This document shows positions 54,601-64,000 of a stretch of 64,000 nucleotides of DNA, one piece after another. The DNA is from a virus (lineage: Duplodnaviria; Caudoviricetes): IMG/VR virus record IMGVR_UViG_3300037400_002350, positions 1 through 64,000 of that record; one strand, 5' to 3'. The translations under genes and the position numbers were made by a program. The notes beneath the pieces were generated by a model. The model made no database searches. It had not been told where the DNA came from and worked only from the letters and a program-made list of their open reading frames with translations. Position 1 is the stretch's first letter. Each line of letters starts with the position of its first letter.

Positions 54601-56164
54601 CGCGCTTTAACGACCTACACATACTAGACACAAACATGTCATCGTAACTGCCGCAGTTGTTTATATCTATACCACACGACTATAAATAATCCTATATACC
54701 AAACCCTGTAACATTGTCAGAAAAGTTATTTAACGGATTTGTTCTTATATCGTTTATGACCTGATCTATTGTAGATACCACGTGATATACATTATCAATG
54801 GTGTGATTTACTGATTCGTTGACAGTAGTTGTCAATTCTGCAATGAATTGTGCAATCTATTCGGCATTCGTGTCCTCTTGTTGATTTGGATTAGTATTGT
54901 TTCCATCTCCTCCATGCCAGTTGTCTACTGTTGGTACAGTCAACGAAAAATTCTCTTGAATATGGTTAGTGCCTGGAGAATTATTGCTGCTTGGAGGGTT
55001 GTATGAAAATATTGGTCTGTATATATTATCAATTTGGTTTTCTGATTCTACAACAATATTGCTAATAGCAACATCCAACTATAACGATATGTCGTTTCCT
55101 ACAGTGAACACTGTGTCATCTTTCACATTTGCAGCAAACATATATCCTTGGTTCTGTTCTATAACCTTTGGTATCAATGTTTGAGTATTTAATGCTGCAA
55201 ATTCATCTAGACTTAACTCCTATAACGCATCCTCTCCGGTATCAACTATGTCGAATGCGTTACCAGGTTTGAGCATTACGTCTTTAACAATACTTATTTC
55301 TGGAACTTGTCCTGCAACAACATAAGAAACACGTATCAGCTACAAATGATCAAACATGTCATGTATTTGGTCATTCAACGGTATTGACAATGACATACCT
55401 ATTGTTGTAGTGGTGTTTTCTGCGTTTCCTTGTTCTGTATCTCTGTTGCTGTTGATTATTTGTATCTTGTTTGTAAGCGGAGCAAGCTTGCTAAATATAC
55501 CATACCTTTTGTAGAATCTGTAAGTATACTGTACTTGCTGTGTTTTTAACTTACCAGAAATAGTACCGTTGATTATTGCTTTGTCAGAAGGAAAGTATTT
55601 GCCGGACACTAAATCGTCATCTGTATAATTTGGGTTTGTCCCACCTTCCACAAACAATTGCATTATACCGTGGTATCCGTCAGCTATATATAACTTGATT
55701 ATGCCCTCCTGTTCTTTGTTTAAGACTATGGAAAACTTATCCTTATCTGTAGTACTCTTGCTTTCATATAGTATACTAGGTGTTAACCAATTGCCGTCTT
55801 TAACGACCTTATATACTTTCCATTTACGCGCTACTGATTCTACAGCAGGGTCTTCTATATATCTTACTATGACTACACCGATATTTCCAATTGATCCTGT
55901 TGCAAGAATTCTGTCGACGTTTCCCAAAGTTATAAGTGGCGTTTCCTCACCTATGATTATAGGTGTCACCAACCCCTCTTTACTATTCGGATCGATATTT
56001 GGTCTAGCATTGTCATTTGCGAGTAATACGTTGCTCGATATACGGATGTTCTAACCGAAGATGTATTGACCTTCAGCAACAGCATCTAACGCTGTATCCG
56101 TATTCATACCTTTGTTGAAGGTGTTTATTTGATAATTCTGTCCATCGTTTCGATTAGTATCCAT
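51659..56164 (-). CDS. Tail muzzle/stabilization protein, ~1,501 aa (TAG=Gln)
   Basis: Seven fragments in one frame; N-terminal NTFNKGMNTD, SLKRGETY.YG and C-terminal RMRGKW motifs typical of crAss muzzle proteins. Confidence 0.8.
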
Positions 56165-56996
56165 AATAATAATCATTTAATATTGTTTCTCTACTACTTT
56201 GATTTTCAAAGTTAGTGAGCCTTGAATCGTATTCTGGAACTAGTTTGTTCCAATCGTTTCGTATAGCTTCCATGTCATCTGCAGTAGGCATCATAGCTTC
56301 AGCATATGCTTGATTTCTATAGAAGTTCCATTGCTGTTGCATGTAGCTGTACAACGTATAGCCTGTATTAACGCCTTTCCTTACATTGCCGCCAAGCTCA
56401 CCGCTAAGCAGTTTAGGGAAATTGAGCTTCATAACTACATACCAGTATACAGCTTCTTGGTATGAAGTAGTATCAGGTATCAGAGGATATCCTCTTTCGT
56501 CAGTAGCTATTGTTTTATATGCAAGCTTTACAAATCCTGTAGGTCTATTTACTACTAACCAACCAGGCTTTATGAAATACTTTACTTCGCCCTTGTCTTC
56601 ATACAATGCTTTGACTTTGGGATCCTATAAAGTATAGAACTATGACTATGATGTTATGATCTTATGTCCTTCAGGTTGATGGTGGTGAAACGGAGGTCTC
56701 CGCTTTGGTTCTTTAAACACACCAGTATTCTTATTCATCAGTTTAAATCCACCTTTAGGAGACTCTGAATAAGCAGCTCCATCTAGCACCTATAGACCAT
56801 CTGGAAGTGGAATTTGATGATCCTATACTTCAAATACGGCCTCTTTACTGATATACTACATAGGAGCACCAATCTTGTCTACGGCTTCAAAGATCCATTC
56901 ACGTATGTCTGTAGTACGCTATGCTACTTCTGAAGAATCTAAATCAGCCATAATTTTAGCAATGACTGATTCACACTTTGTATAATTGTATATCAT
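56154..56996 (-). CDS. Tail ring protein, ~280 aa (TAG=Gln)
   Basis: MIYNYTKCESVIAKIMADL...EWIFEAVDKIG; G.PLIPD...EAVYWY; position before the muzzle gene. Confidence 0.75.
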
Positions 56997-57429
56997 TTAT
57001 TTCTAAATAATCTTGTTTATTGAATATCAACTAAGCCAAATACCGTTTATTTTCTCTAACCAAACACAACTAATACCTATATCTATCAGGAAAGGTCTAG
57101 GGGATCCTAGACCAGTGCATTCGATATTTAAACATGTTTGAGTGTTCGTTGAGGTGATATATCGTTTTTCCTAGTTCTTTGCTCGCCTTATAATCTACAG
57201 ACAATGAAGAACTGTCAAATGATTTTGGTTTATATTTGCCTATCTAAATAAACCCTAAGCCAAAGGGCATTTTAAAGCCCTCAGAGCGATTTAAGACGTG
57301 ATCTAGAATAACATTACACATTTCATCTAATATGCGAATGTAGAGGCTGTATGGCACGTCTATGGCTAAATTACGATACATATCACTAAACGTGTACGCT
57401 TTTTTATTTTTCTTGATCTTGTGGTCCAT
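56971..57429 (-). CDS. IHF/HU-like protein of the crAss structural module, ~152 aa (TAG=Gln)
   Basis: FKMPFGLGFI*IGK...VDYKASKELGKTIYHLNEHS...RENKRYLA; TGA at 56971. Confidence 0.7.
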
Positions 57430-58156
57430 TTGGTTTTACACTAGCTAACGTTGAGTTATTGCTATCATCGCTAGGTCTATTAAGCATGAACGCCAATTCA
57501 TTCTTCAATATCCTTTCTTTAATTCCTGGGACCATCCATGCTGGAATCTTAATATTGTTTTCATCCAGGTCATTATCGTCGTCATCACCATCTCCTCCGT
57601 CCTCTTCGTCTTCTTTTTCGTATAGACCTAGTACATAAACATATTGGAGGATCCCTTGATCTTGTAAACCTTGTACATATACATGCTTATCTGTAGGCAT
57701 GTAGTATGCAGTAAGCTCCCCAAATGTATACTTACGATTATTGTGGTAATGTCTACGAATATGGTTCATTAATTGTATATTCTCCCCGTCAGCATCATGT
57801 ACAGCTAAGATACTAGATCTCGCGTCGTCCATCAAACCTTCGAAAGTGTCTCTAGTTCTTCTAGTATAACTAAAAGACCCATCGCGTAGTTCTACTGGTT
57901 CTAGCTCATGTTCTGTTTCTTTTACGTAGAAATAATCCTCATCTAGCGCATCTAACAACGCTTGTAAAGACATCTACTTCAGCTGTTTTATCTAAGCTTT
58001 TAACGCATCTTTACGTTCTTTCCACAGCTGTCTACGATAAGCACGAACCCATAAACCAATCTACGCTCTAGATAGGTCTTCACTTTCGCTTATGTTGTTG
58101 TTTCTAACAAGGAGAAGTATATCGTCTATTATTTCTTGTAGAGTAATATACTTCAT
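57404..58156 (-). CDS. Tail ring protein, ~250 aa (TAG=Gln)
   Basis: MKYITLQEIIDDILLLVRNNNISESEDLSR...; C-terminal IPAWMVPGIKE...PSDDSNN. Confidence 0.75.
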
Positions 58157-58157
58157 T

Positions 58158-58808
58158 TTATTTTGCTTCTATGACTCTTACATCAGATGTCTTTAGTAGG
58201 TCGTTAGTATTTACTATGTCATACTTATATCTGTCAACCTTCTTAAAGTCCCAAGTAAAGAGTCGCTTTATAAATGATTTCTTGTTTTTATACTCTCTAG
58301 TATGATATACGAATAAGTACTACTCATTCTTTACATCTAGACCTACACTAACAGTGTCTTTACCTATAGTGTAGTATACAGTAGTAAGGTCATTATATTT
58401 GATACTATCGCTATATGTAGTATCTTTAACTAATATCTCACCTCCTACCTCCTTACTAGCTATAACGTTGATAACCTAGGTTTGAGTTGCAGCGGTTGCA
58501 ACTTGTTTAGGTTTTATTTTATTTTCTCGCATTACGCTGTCCATTTTGCGTAATATTGAATCGTTTGACTGCTGTAGTTCTTCCATGTCTAGCTTTAAAA
58601 CATTTAAAGCCTGCTAGGAATTGGTAAACAACCCCTAGTAGGCTTCAACATTATTCTGAGCTAATTCTAAGCTCTCTGAGAGCTTTTTATTCTCTTTATG
58701 TAAGTTTATACACCAAAAGCATAAAAATGCAATAGCGAGCGCGAAAACAGCCTTTAAAACGATCTTATAGTGGTTCTTAAACCACATCAGTATCGTCATC
58801 AATTCCAT
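58158..58808 (-). CDS. Putative spanin (Rz-like), ~216 aa, 4 internal TAG
   Basis: N-terminal TM, coiled coil, beta-rich C-terminus; follows holin and endolysin; missing from the track because of the TAGs. Confidence 0.6.
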
Positions 58809-59028
58809 TGGTCTTTTTTACAAAAGTTTTCAATTCACTTACTCTATCGTTTACGTACATGGTAGTTCCGAATACACCAGCAGCAAATACTAATACTTCA
58901 CCGACATATCCGAGAATTCCGCTGGTAAGATCGCCAGTCTAAAAGTATTGAACAAACGCTAAAGTAATACCACTCAATGCAGCAATCACTGCTGTAGCAT
59001 ACTGAGTCTTATTTCTCCAATCTTTCAT
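58777..59028 (-). CDS. Putative holin, 83 aa, 2 TM segments, 1 internal TAG
   Basis: MKDWRNKTQYATAVIAALSGITLAFVQYF*TGDLTSGILGYVGEVLVFAAGVFG...; charged C-terminus. Confidence 0.65.
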
Positions 59029-59031
59029 GGC

Positions 59032-59496
59032 TTATTCTATTGTTATAGTTATACTCTCACCTCTATCGCTAGCGTGTTTCATCAACTCATAAAGCGTTAT
59101 AAATACCTCTTTACTGTTGGTCAAACCGCCTTTAACCTTATTATGGCCTACCAAGATACAGCCTGCTGACTGTGTTGCTTTAGTGCCTACATGAATCAGT
59201 ATACCGTCATAACCTGGCACATTAAGCACTCTTGGCACTTTACCACCACATACATCTCTATAAAACTGTTTCTGATTGAACTTAGGACTGACAGCATCCA
59301 TGGCAACTTTGTATTTGCCAGTAGGAATAGCAGTCTGAGAATAAATCTTGATCTTCTTAATCTCATCAAGACTCATAGTAGACTTAAGCCCTCTGTCTTT
59401 ATCTTCACAAGTGTTACAGAACCAAACTCCGTTAACGTAAAGATTCCCTATCGTGTAAGTGTCCTTTTTCCAGGCGCGTTCCAATTTTAGTTCCAT
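59032..59496 (-). CDS. DUF5675-family (L,D-peptidase-like) putative endolysin
   Basis: TIGNLYVNG..FC.T.ED, TAIPTGKY, GILIH.G...SAGCILVG. Confidence 0.8.
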   Translation of the reverse strand: MELKLERAWKKDTYTIGNLYVNGVWFCNTCEDKDRGLKSTMSLDEIKKIKIYSQTAIPTGKYKVAMDAVSPKFNQKQFYRDVCGGKVPRVLNVPGYDGILIHVGTKATQSAGCILVGHNKVKGGLTNSKEVFITLYELMKHASDRGESITITIE

Positions 59497-59498
59497 AC

Positions 59499-60278
59499 TC
59501 AATCTCCTTCATACCAGTCAACCAGTTCAGAGATGTTAAGCGTAACATCATCGTCACTGTTTGCCAAATCAAACAATACTTCTGTTCCATTATCACCTCT
59601 GTTCAACACTGCACTCTCCAGATACCTGTCATTTCCATCATATTCTATAGGCTGATCCGGATCATCTGGTATGATAGTACTATCACCATTGATCTCTATA
59701 TCTGAAATACCACTGGGGAAACCAGTAGCAGTTGGAGTTAATGTTACAATAGACTCATAACTAACAGAAACTACTCGAATATTATTGAAGTGGTAATTAC
59801 TGTCATACAGTCTAGCATTGATTACCAAATCGTATTCACCAGCTTTCTTCTGTAATACTGCTGGGAAATATATCTCTACTGTAGATCTGTCTGCAGTATA
59901 GTAGACTGCAGCTTTTACCACATCTGGTCCAGTTTGTAAGAATCTATGGTTCTTAGCAAATGGAGCAACTCCAAAACCTGCGTATACGGGTGCACAAGTG
60001 CCAACTGGCCTTGTGTTATACCCGTAAATACCAGGATTGTTCAAGCAACATATTGTAGATCTCAGATTGTTTACACAAGGTTCAATAGGATATCTACGTA
60101 GGAACTTGAAATGCTTTTTGTTTTCTTCAGCCTTTATACGTAAATCTTTATGTATGAAATAAGCATCAACGGATTGGATATTAACTGTATGTGATTGATC
60201 TTCTCCAACAAGTCTAACGTTTATTTTAACGTCAGACTTTAGCATTGCAGTTATCTTATTCTCCGTCTGCATAGTCAA
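59499..60278 (-). CDS. Hypothetical structural protein
   Basis: 259-aa ORF without TAG; ends WYEGD. Confidence 0.7.
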   Translation of the reverse strand: MTMQTENKITAMLKSDVKINVRLVGEDQSHTVNIQSVDAYFIHKDLRIKAEENKKHFKFLRRYPIEPCVNNLRSTICCLNNPGIYGYNTRPVGTCAPVYAGFGVAPFAKNHRFLQTGPDVVKAAVYYTADRSTVEIYFPAVLQKKAGEYDLVINARLYDSNYHFNNIRVVSVSYESIVTLTPTATGFPSGISDIEINGDSTIIPDDPDQPIEYDGNDRYLESAVLNRGDNGTEVLFDLANSDDDVTLNISELVDWYEGD

Positions 60279-60283
60279 TCAGT

Positions 60284-61459
60284 TTACGCGCTAAAGTCCT
60301 CAGTTTCAGCATCAGCTGGTTGATAAGCAGGGCCAGTATAAACAGGCTTTTCAACTGCGCCAGCAAATGCAGCAAGAATTGCATCAATTGTGTTAGTGCT
60401 ACCGAAGTTGCCCAAGAAATACAACTCTACAGTCTGCTTAGTCTTACGCATCAGATCATCTGCAGTGTGATACATGTTCTCGAATTCGAGAGTTACCGCA
60501 TTGTAGTTCTCGGCGATATTGACGTTCATAGCAGGTTGTACAATTGGCCAAGTGCCTTCACCATGGTTCAGGATGCCCATGTAACCAAGAGCAGCCTGCT
60601 CACGATCACGTACAAGCTTACCAGAAGCAGCATACTGGAATCCAGGAGTCTTAGTGATGATCAAACCCTGTGGGAAGTTCTTGTTCAAAGCAGCCCATCC
60701 TTCAGCTGCAGGATCAGTCCAATAAATGTTAGCGTTGAAGCGAACCTTATCAAAACGGTTGAGGCTTTCTGCACTGTTATCGTCGTCATAAGGCATTGCT
60801 GTCAAAATAACAGCGTTGGCTCCACTCTCAGAACCAGAAGCTGTAGCAGCAATTGTGTCTGGGTCTCCAGCATTTGAACCAGCAGAAGCAGTACCAAGAG
60901 ATGCTATAACACGAGCGCGTTTTACTTGCTTGTTAATAAGGTTTACAATGCCTTTAACAATCGAGTTAACTGTGTCACCTGCAACTGTTACGTACTCATA
61001 GCTCTCAGTCCACTTGCGATAACGAGTTGGAAGATCTTTGAAAGTAAGACGTACGATAATACGCTTTCCACCTTCAGCCCACTTGTTAGTAACTGTAGAA
61101 GGGATACTTCTGAAGTTAAGACTAACAGAATCCTCAGTTACAACAGCAGATGTTTTGCTCAACTTAGAGAACTTCTTTATATCATCACGATTGATGATGT
61201 TAGACCAGCGAATAACTGGTACTGTGCTGCTAACCTTTGTCTGAGGGTTAACAAAGTGTGAAGTTTCACCAGTAAACATACCAACCTTGATACGCTTAAC
61301 CGTTGCATCCATTCCTTCAGCAGTGCTTATTATAGCGTTAGTATCAGCGTTTATTACAACGTACTTTCCATTGTCAGCACCGTTTGTATTAGTAAGAGCG
61401 CTTGCTACATTAGTACCGCTAACGTTGCTTACAAGCACTGTATTTACATATGTAATCAT
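60284..61459 (-). CDS. Putative auxiliary capsid / abundant structural protein
   Basis: 391 aa, no TAG, strongly biased codons; position after the ring genes matches the crAss auxiliary capsid gene. Confidence 0.65.
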   Translation of the reverse strand: MITYVNTVLVSNVSGTNVASALTNTNGADNGKYVVINADTNAIISTAEGMDATVKRIKVGMFTGETSHFVNPQTKVSSTVPVIRWSNIINRDDIKKFSKLSKTSAVVTEDSVSLNFRSIPSTVTNKWAEGGKRIIVRLTFKDLPTRYRKWTESYEYVTVAGDTVNSIVKGIVNLINKQVKRARVIASLGTASAGSNAGDPDTIAATASGSESGANAVILTAMPYDDDNSAESLNRFDKVRFNANIYWTDPAAEGWAALNKNFPQGLIITKTPGFQYAASGKLVRDREQAALGYMGILNHGEGTWPIVQPAMNVNIAENYNAVTLEFENMYHTADDLMRKTKQTVELYFLGNFGSTNTIDAILAAFAGAVEKPVYTGPAYQPADAETEDFSA

Positions 61460-61538
61460 AATTTCTTAAATTTTTTCTACTCCCCCTATACACAAGGCTA
61501 GACCTAACTAGCTGGGGTTTCCACGTTAAAATTTATTT

Positions 61539-62231
61539 TTATTCTTGAGTGAGTACCTCTTGAGTAAGAGACTTATAACGCTCTTCACTCTGGTTTTCCA
61601 GATACATCTGAGCTGCCATTTTAATAATCTCATACATAGTTGTATCTTGGAAATCAGGGTACTCTTGATCATATTGATCTCCAAGAACTATTTCAGCTGG
61701 TTTACGAATGTATCCCAGTGTATACTTCTCAATCTGATAGTTTTTATCAGTAAGTAGAGAGCATCCATTAGAGTTTCTCACACGTAATGGTCTTGCTCTG
61801 TGATTCTTATAATGAAAGTCTGTAAGACTATTATTCACGCGATACATAAAACTATCACGAGTACATTCAAACACACAAGTGTTCATCTTATGTCCACCGT
61901 CATTGTCGCTTATTATCACATCTTCATTTAGTACAAACATGAACTATTGTGGATATTCATATTCATAACTATTGTAAGATGGGTTTGCATCGTCTGTGCT
62001 AACCGGAGTCAGATCTTCTGTTACAAACAAGTTAATCAAATCTGATCTACGTTTCTCTGTTTCTTCTACTCCAGTGTGATGAACAAAGTCACCATTGAAT
62101 CTAAGCTTTATGAATTTGTGTACACCTTGATTCAACCAGAACAATGAATCGTCTATAGCAGGCTTCCCAATAACGTCGTCAAGTTTATTTATTTCGCGTT
62201 CAAAGTTTGCTACTATTTCTATGTTCGTCAT
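61539..62231 (-). CDS. Tail ring protein, ~230 aa (one TAG at 61944)
   Basis: Two in-frame fragments; FWLN, EETEKRRSDL, YIRKP, EIIKMAAQMYLE. Confidence 0.75.
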
Positions 62232-62968
62232 TGTTCATCTTCTTTTTGTCTACGCTTCTGTTCTTTTTGTGCTGCTTCTTTTTCTGCATCCAATTGCCCT
62301 TTAGCATAAGTTAAATAAAGCTGTACTGCAGTTTCTACTAGTTGTTCGAAGCATACGTATGGCATCTCACACGGGGTTTCTGTAAACAGACTCATGTTCT
62401 TTGGAAGTCTGTAATAATACAAAACAACATGAAATATAGTAGTATACTTATCACAGATCAAATGGAGCTTGTTTTCGTCTATAACCGCAATCGGTCTACG
62501 AAGAATAATGCCTTCATCAAAATATTCATTCACATAACGAGAGAAGTCTTCGTGTCTAAGAAACAAGTTCTATACTCGTTTGTTACTCTGATGTGGAGTT
62601 ATTGTAGAAAGAATTTCACTATTTGATCTTATGTATGCGAAATAATCGTCAGGTAAGTTATAATATAAACTGTTGTTTTTATTATCGTTGCTACTTTCAT
62701 ATTCGTCAGTAGTACTAGTACTGTCATCCAACTGTGCACGAGTTATGAGCATGCCTAATACACTACTTATGTATTTGGACTATTCTGTGCCAGAAGGAGT
62801 GGTAATAGCCTGCGCATACAACTGATTAAATAGTTGACGCTGTGCTTCGTTAAGATAAGCGTAAATTGTTTCAGTATCTAGTTTTCGATTCACCTCAAAT
62901 TGAGGATCAAGTGCCTAGAGCCGTCTTTCGAACTCTATGCCTAATTTTCTGGTTTCGAGTAGTGTCAT
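62228..62968 (-). CDS. Tail ring protein, ~246 aa (TAG=Gln)
   Basis: MTLLETRKLGIEFERR...YAYLNEAQ...LPDDY...YYRLP...CEMP; paralogous to its neighbours. Confidence 0.75.
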
Positions 62969-63759
62969 GATTCAAGTGCTCTAGTTTGTTCTTTCATTTG
63001 TAAACGAGGAGATTCGACGGTCTCTAATGCCATCACTATCGCAAGGTTGATAAGCTCTTCTGCCATGCTGTCATTAAGCTCAAACTCGTATTGAACGTTT
63101 TGTCCGTTTACCACGTGTCCATGAAACGCATCGCTATCGTCCTCCAAAATAAAAGGTTGAGGACGTTTAACATACGTAATTATAACACCTCCGTGATATG
63201 CGTCATACGGATATTTCTTTCCGAAATCGACATCTGTTTGCGGATCAATATAACCTGTAAACGGGTCTGTCGCTACTAATAAGTGGTTTCCTTCGAGACA
63301 TCCGACAGGGGTTTTTATCCACGGGATGTTAGAAGAAGATGCAACAAAGTTATCAAATTGAGCGTGATTTACAAGCCTGATCGGATCCTTTGTTATACGT
63401 TTGCCCGCTCCTACACGATCGTCGATCTCTGTGTATATCTTCGCGTTTACGAAATACAGATAATCTGGTATTGATAATTCGTATGGCGTGACATTGCTAA
63501 CCTGGGTGTTATAATCTATATCACCAGGTATAGGTTCTGTAGTTTTAATCAACGGTCTCAGATCTTCAATAGCTTTGATGTCTATTTCGAATGGAGCACG
63601 TCTAGGATTATTACCTGTGAGCTTTTGTGCAATAAGAGCAAGATAAGCTTTATCAAGAATCGTACCTATCTCGTATACAGTTAGCGACGGATATGACGAA
63701 GTAATATTCTGCTTGTCATATTCGATTAAAAATTTAGTGTATATATCACTATACGTCAT
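62965..63759 (-). CDS. Tail ring protein
   Basis: FLIEYDK, IEDLRPL, TYVKRP, ELINLAIVMALE..ESPR; paralogous ring-protein pattern. Confidence 0.75.
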   Translation of the reverse strand: MTYSDIYTKFLIEYDKQNITSSYPSLTVYEIGTILDKAYLALIAQKLTGNNPRRAPFEIDIKAIEDLRPLIKTTEPIPGDIDYNTQVSNVTPYELSIPDYLYFVNAKIYTEIDDRVGAGKRITKDPIRLVNHAQFDNFVASSSNIPWIKTPVGCLEGNHLLVATDPFTGYIDPQTDVDFGKKYPYDAYHGGVIITYVKRPQPFILEDDSDAFHGHVVNGQNVQYEFELNDSMAEELINLAIVMALETVESPRLQMKEQTRALES

Positions 63760-63775
63760 ATGTCGTTATGTTTTA

Positions 63776-64000
63776 TTACTTATTTTCTACTTGATTGATG
63801 ATAGAAAGCTTGAGATCTTGGTTCTTCTTAGCATCCAGATAAGCAATTGCGTCTGCAAGCGAATCAGCGAACATCTCAGTACCATAATAATACTGTGTGC
63901 GTTCTTTACGGATCACACCCTTAGCAATAGCTTCTTCCAACAAGAATTCAGTTTCCTTAGACTTGTTGTCTACCCATTTCTCAAAGAATTCCTTAGGATT
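63776..64000 (-). CDS. 3' end of a conserved crAss capsid-module protein (partial)
   Basis: ...NPKEFFEKWVDNKSKETEFLLEEAIAKGVIRK...AIAYLDAKKNQDLKLSIINQVENK*. Confidence 0.7.
   Translation of the reverse strand, partial: NPKEFFEKWVDNKSKETEFLLEEAIAKGVIRKERTQYYYGTEMFADSLADAIAYLDAKKNQDLKLSIINQVENK

Noticed and set aside
24522-62968. Fragmented minus-strand ORFs read as pseudogenes or sequencing errors
   Set aside because: The fragments stay in frame and the breaks inspected are all TAG, which fits recoding rather than decay.
24553-63474. Plus-strand ORFs in the late region (e.g. 30031..30603, 47782..48303, 50986..51522, 60320..60877)
   Set aside because: They are antisense shadows of long minus-strand genes, with no recognisable motifs.
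1-64000. Canonical amber suppressor tRNA (CUA) or release-factor gene
   Set aside because: No full cloverleaf with a CU-CUA-AA type loop and no RF-like ORF were found by eye. They may lie outside the window, which starts inside a tRNA gene.

Overview
About 64 kb of a crAss-like (Crassvirales) Bacteroidota phage genome in two convergent blocks. The + strand block (1-24.5 kb) carries small early genes, an ECF-type sigma factor and a replication module (family B DNA polymerase, DnaB helicase, AAA ATPase, SSB, primase, endonuclease, exonuclease) in the standard code. The - strand block (24.5-64 kb) is the virion/late module, in which TAG is a sense codon (most likely Gln, code 15). Reading TAG through joins the ORF-track fragments into intact genes: a ~5,646-aa virion RNA polymerase polyprotein (DFDID motif, plus HExxH and PD-(D/E)xK domains), ejection/cargo proteins, muzzle and ring proteins, an IHF-like protein and a lysis cassette. 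The most unusual content is non-coding and on the + strand. (i) A hairpin-array RNA at 4.2-4.5 kb presents a tandem GARYC-N2-3-GARCC motif in four loops, and the same motif abuts the start codons of the polymerase, AAA ATPase and primase genes (candidate phage CsrB/RegA-like operator-and-sponge system). (ii) A circularly permuted two-piece tmRNA. (iii) Six dispersed tRNA-like elements with acceptor stem and T-arm but no canonical anticodon arm. (iv) About 1.9 kb of densely structured intergenic sequence at 9.0-10.9 kb that looks like one or two large ornate RNAs. All calls were made by eye; no database searches or folding programs were run.
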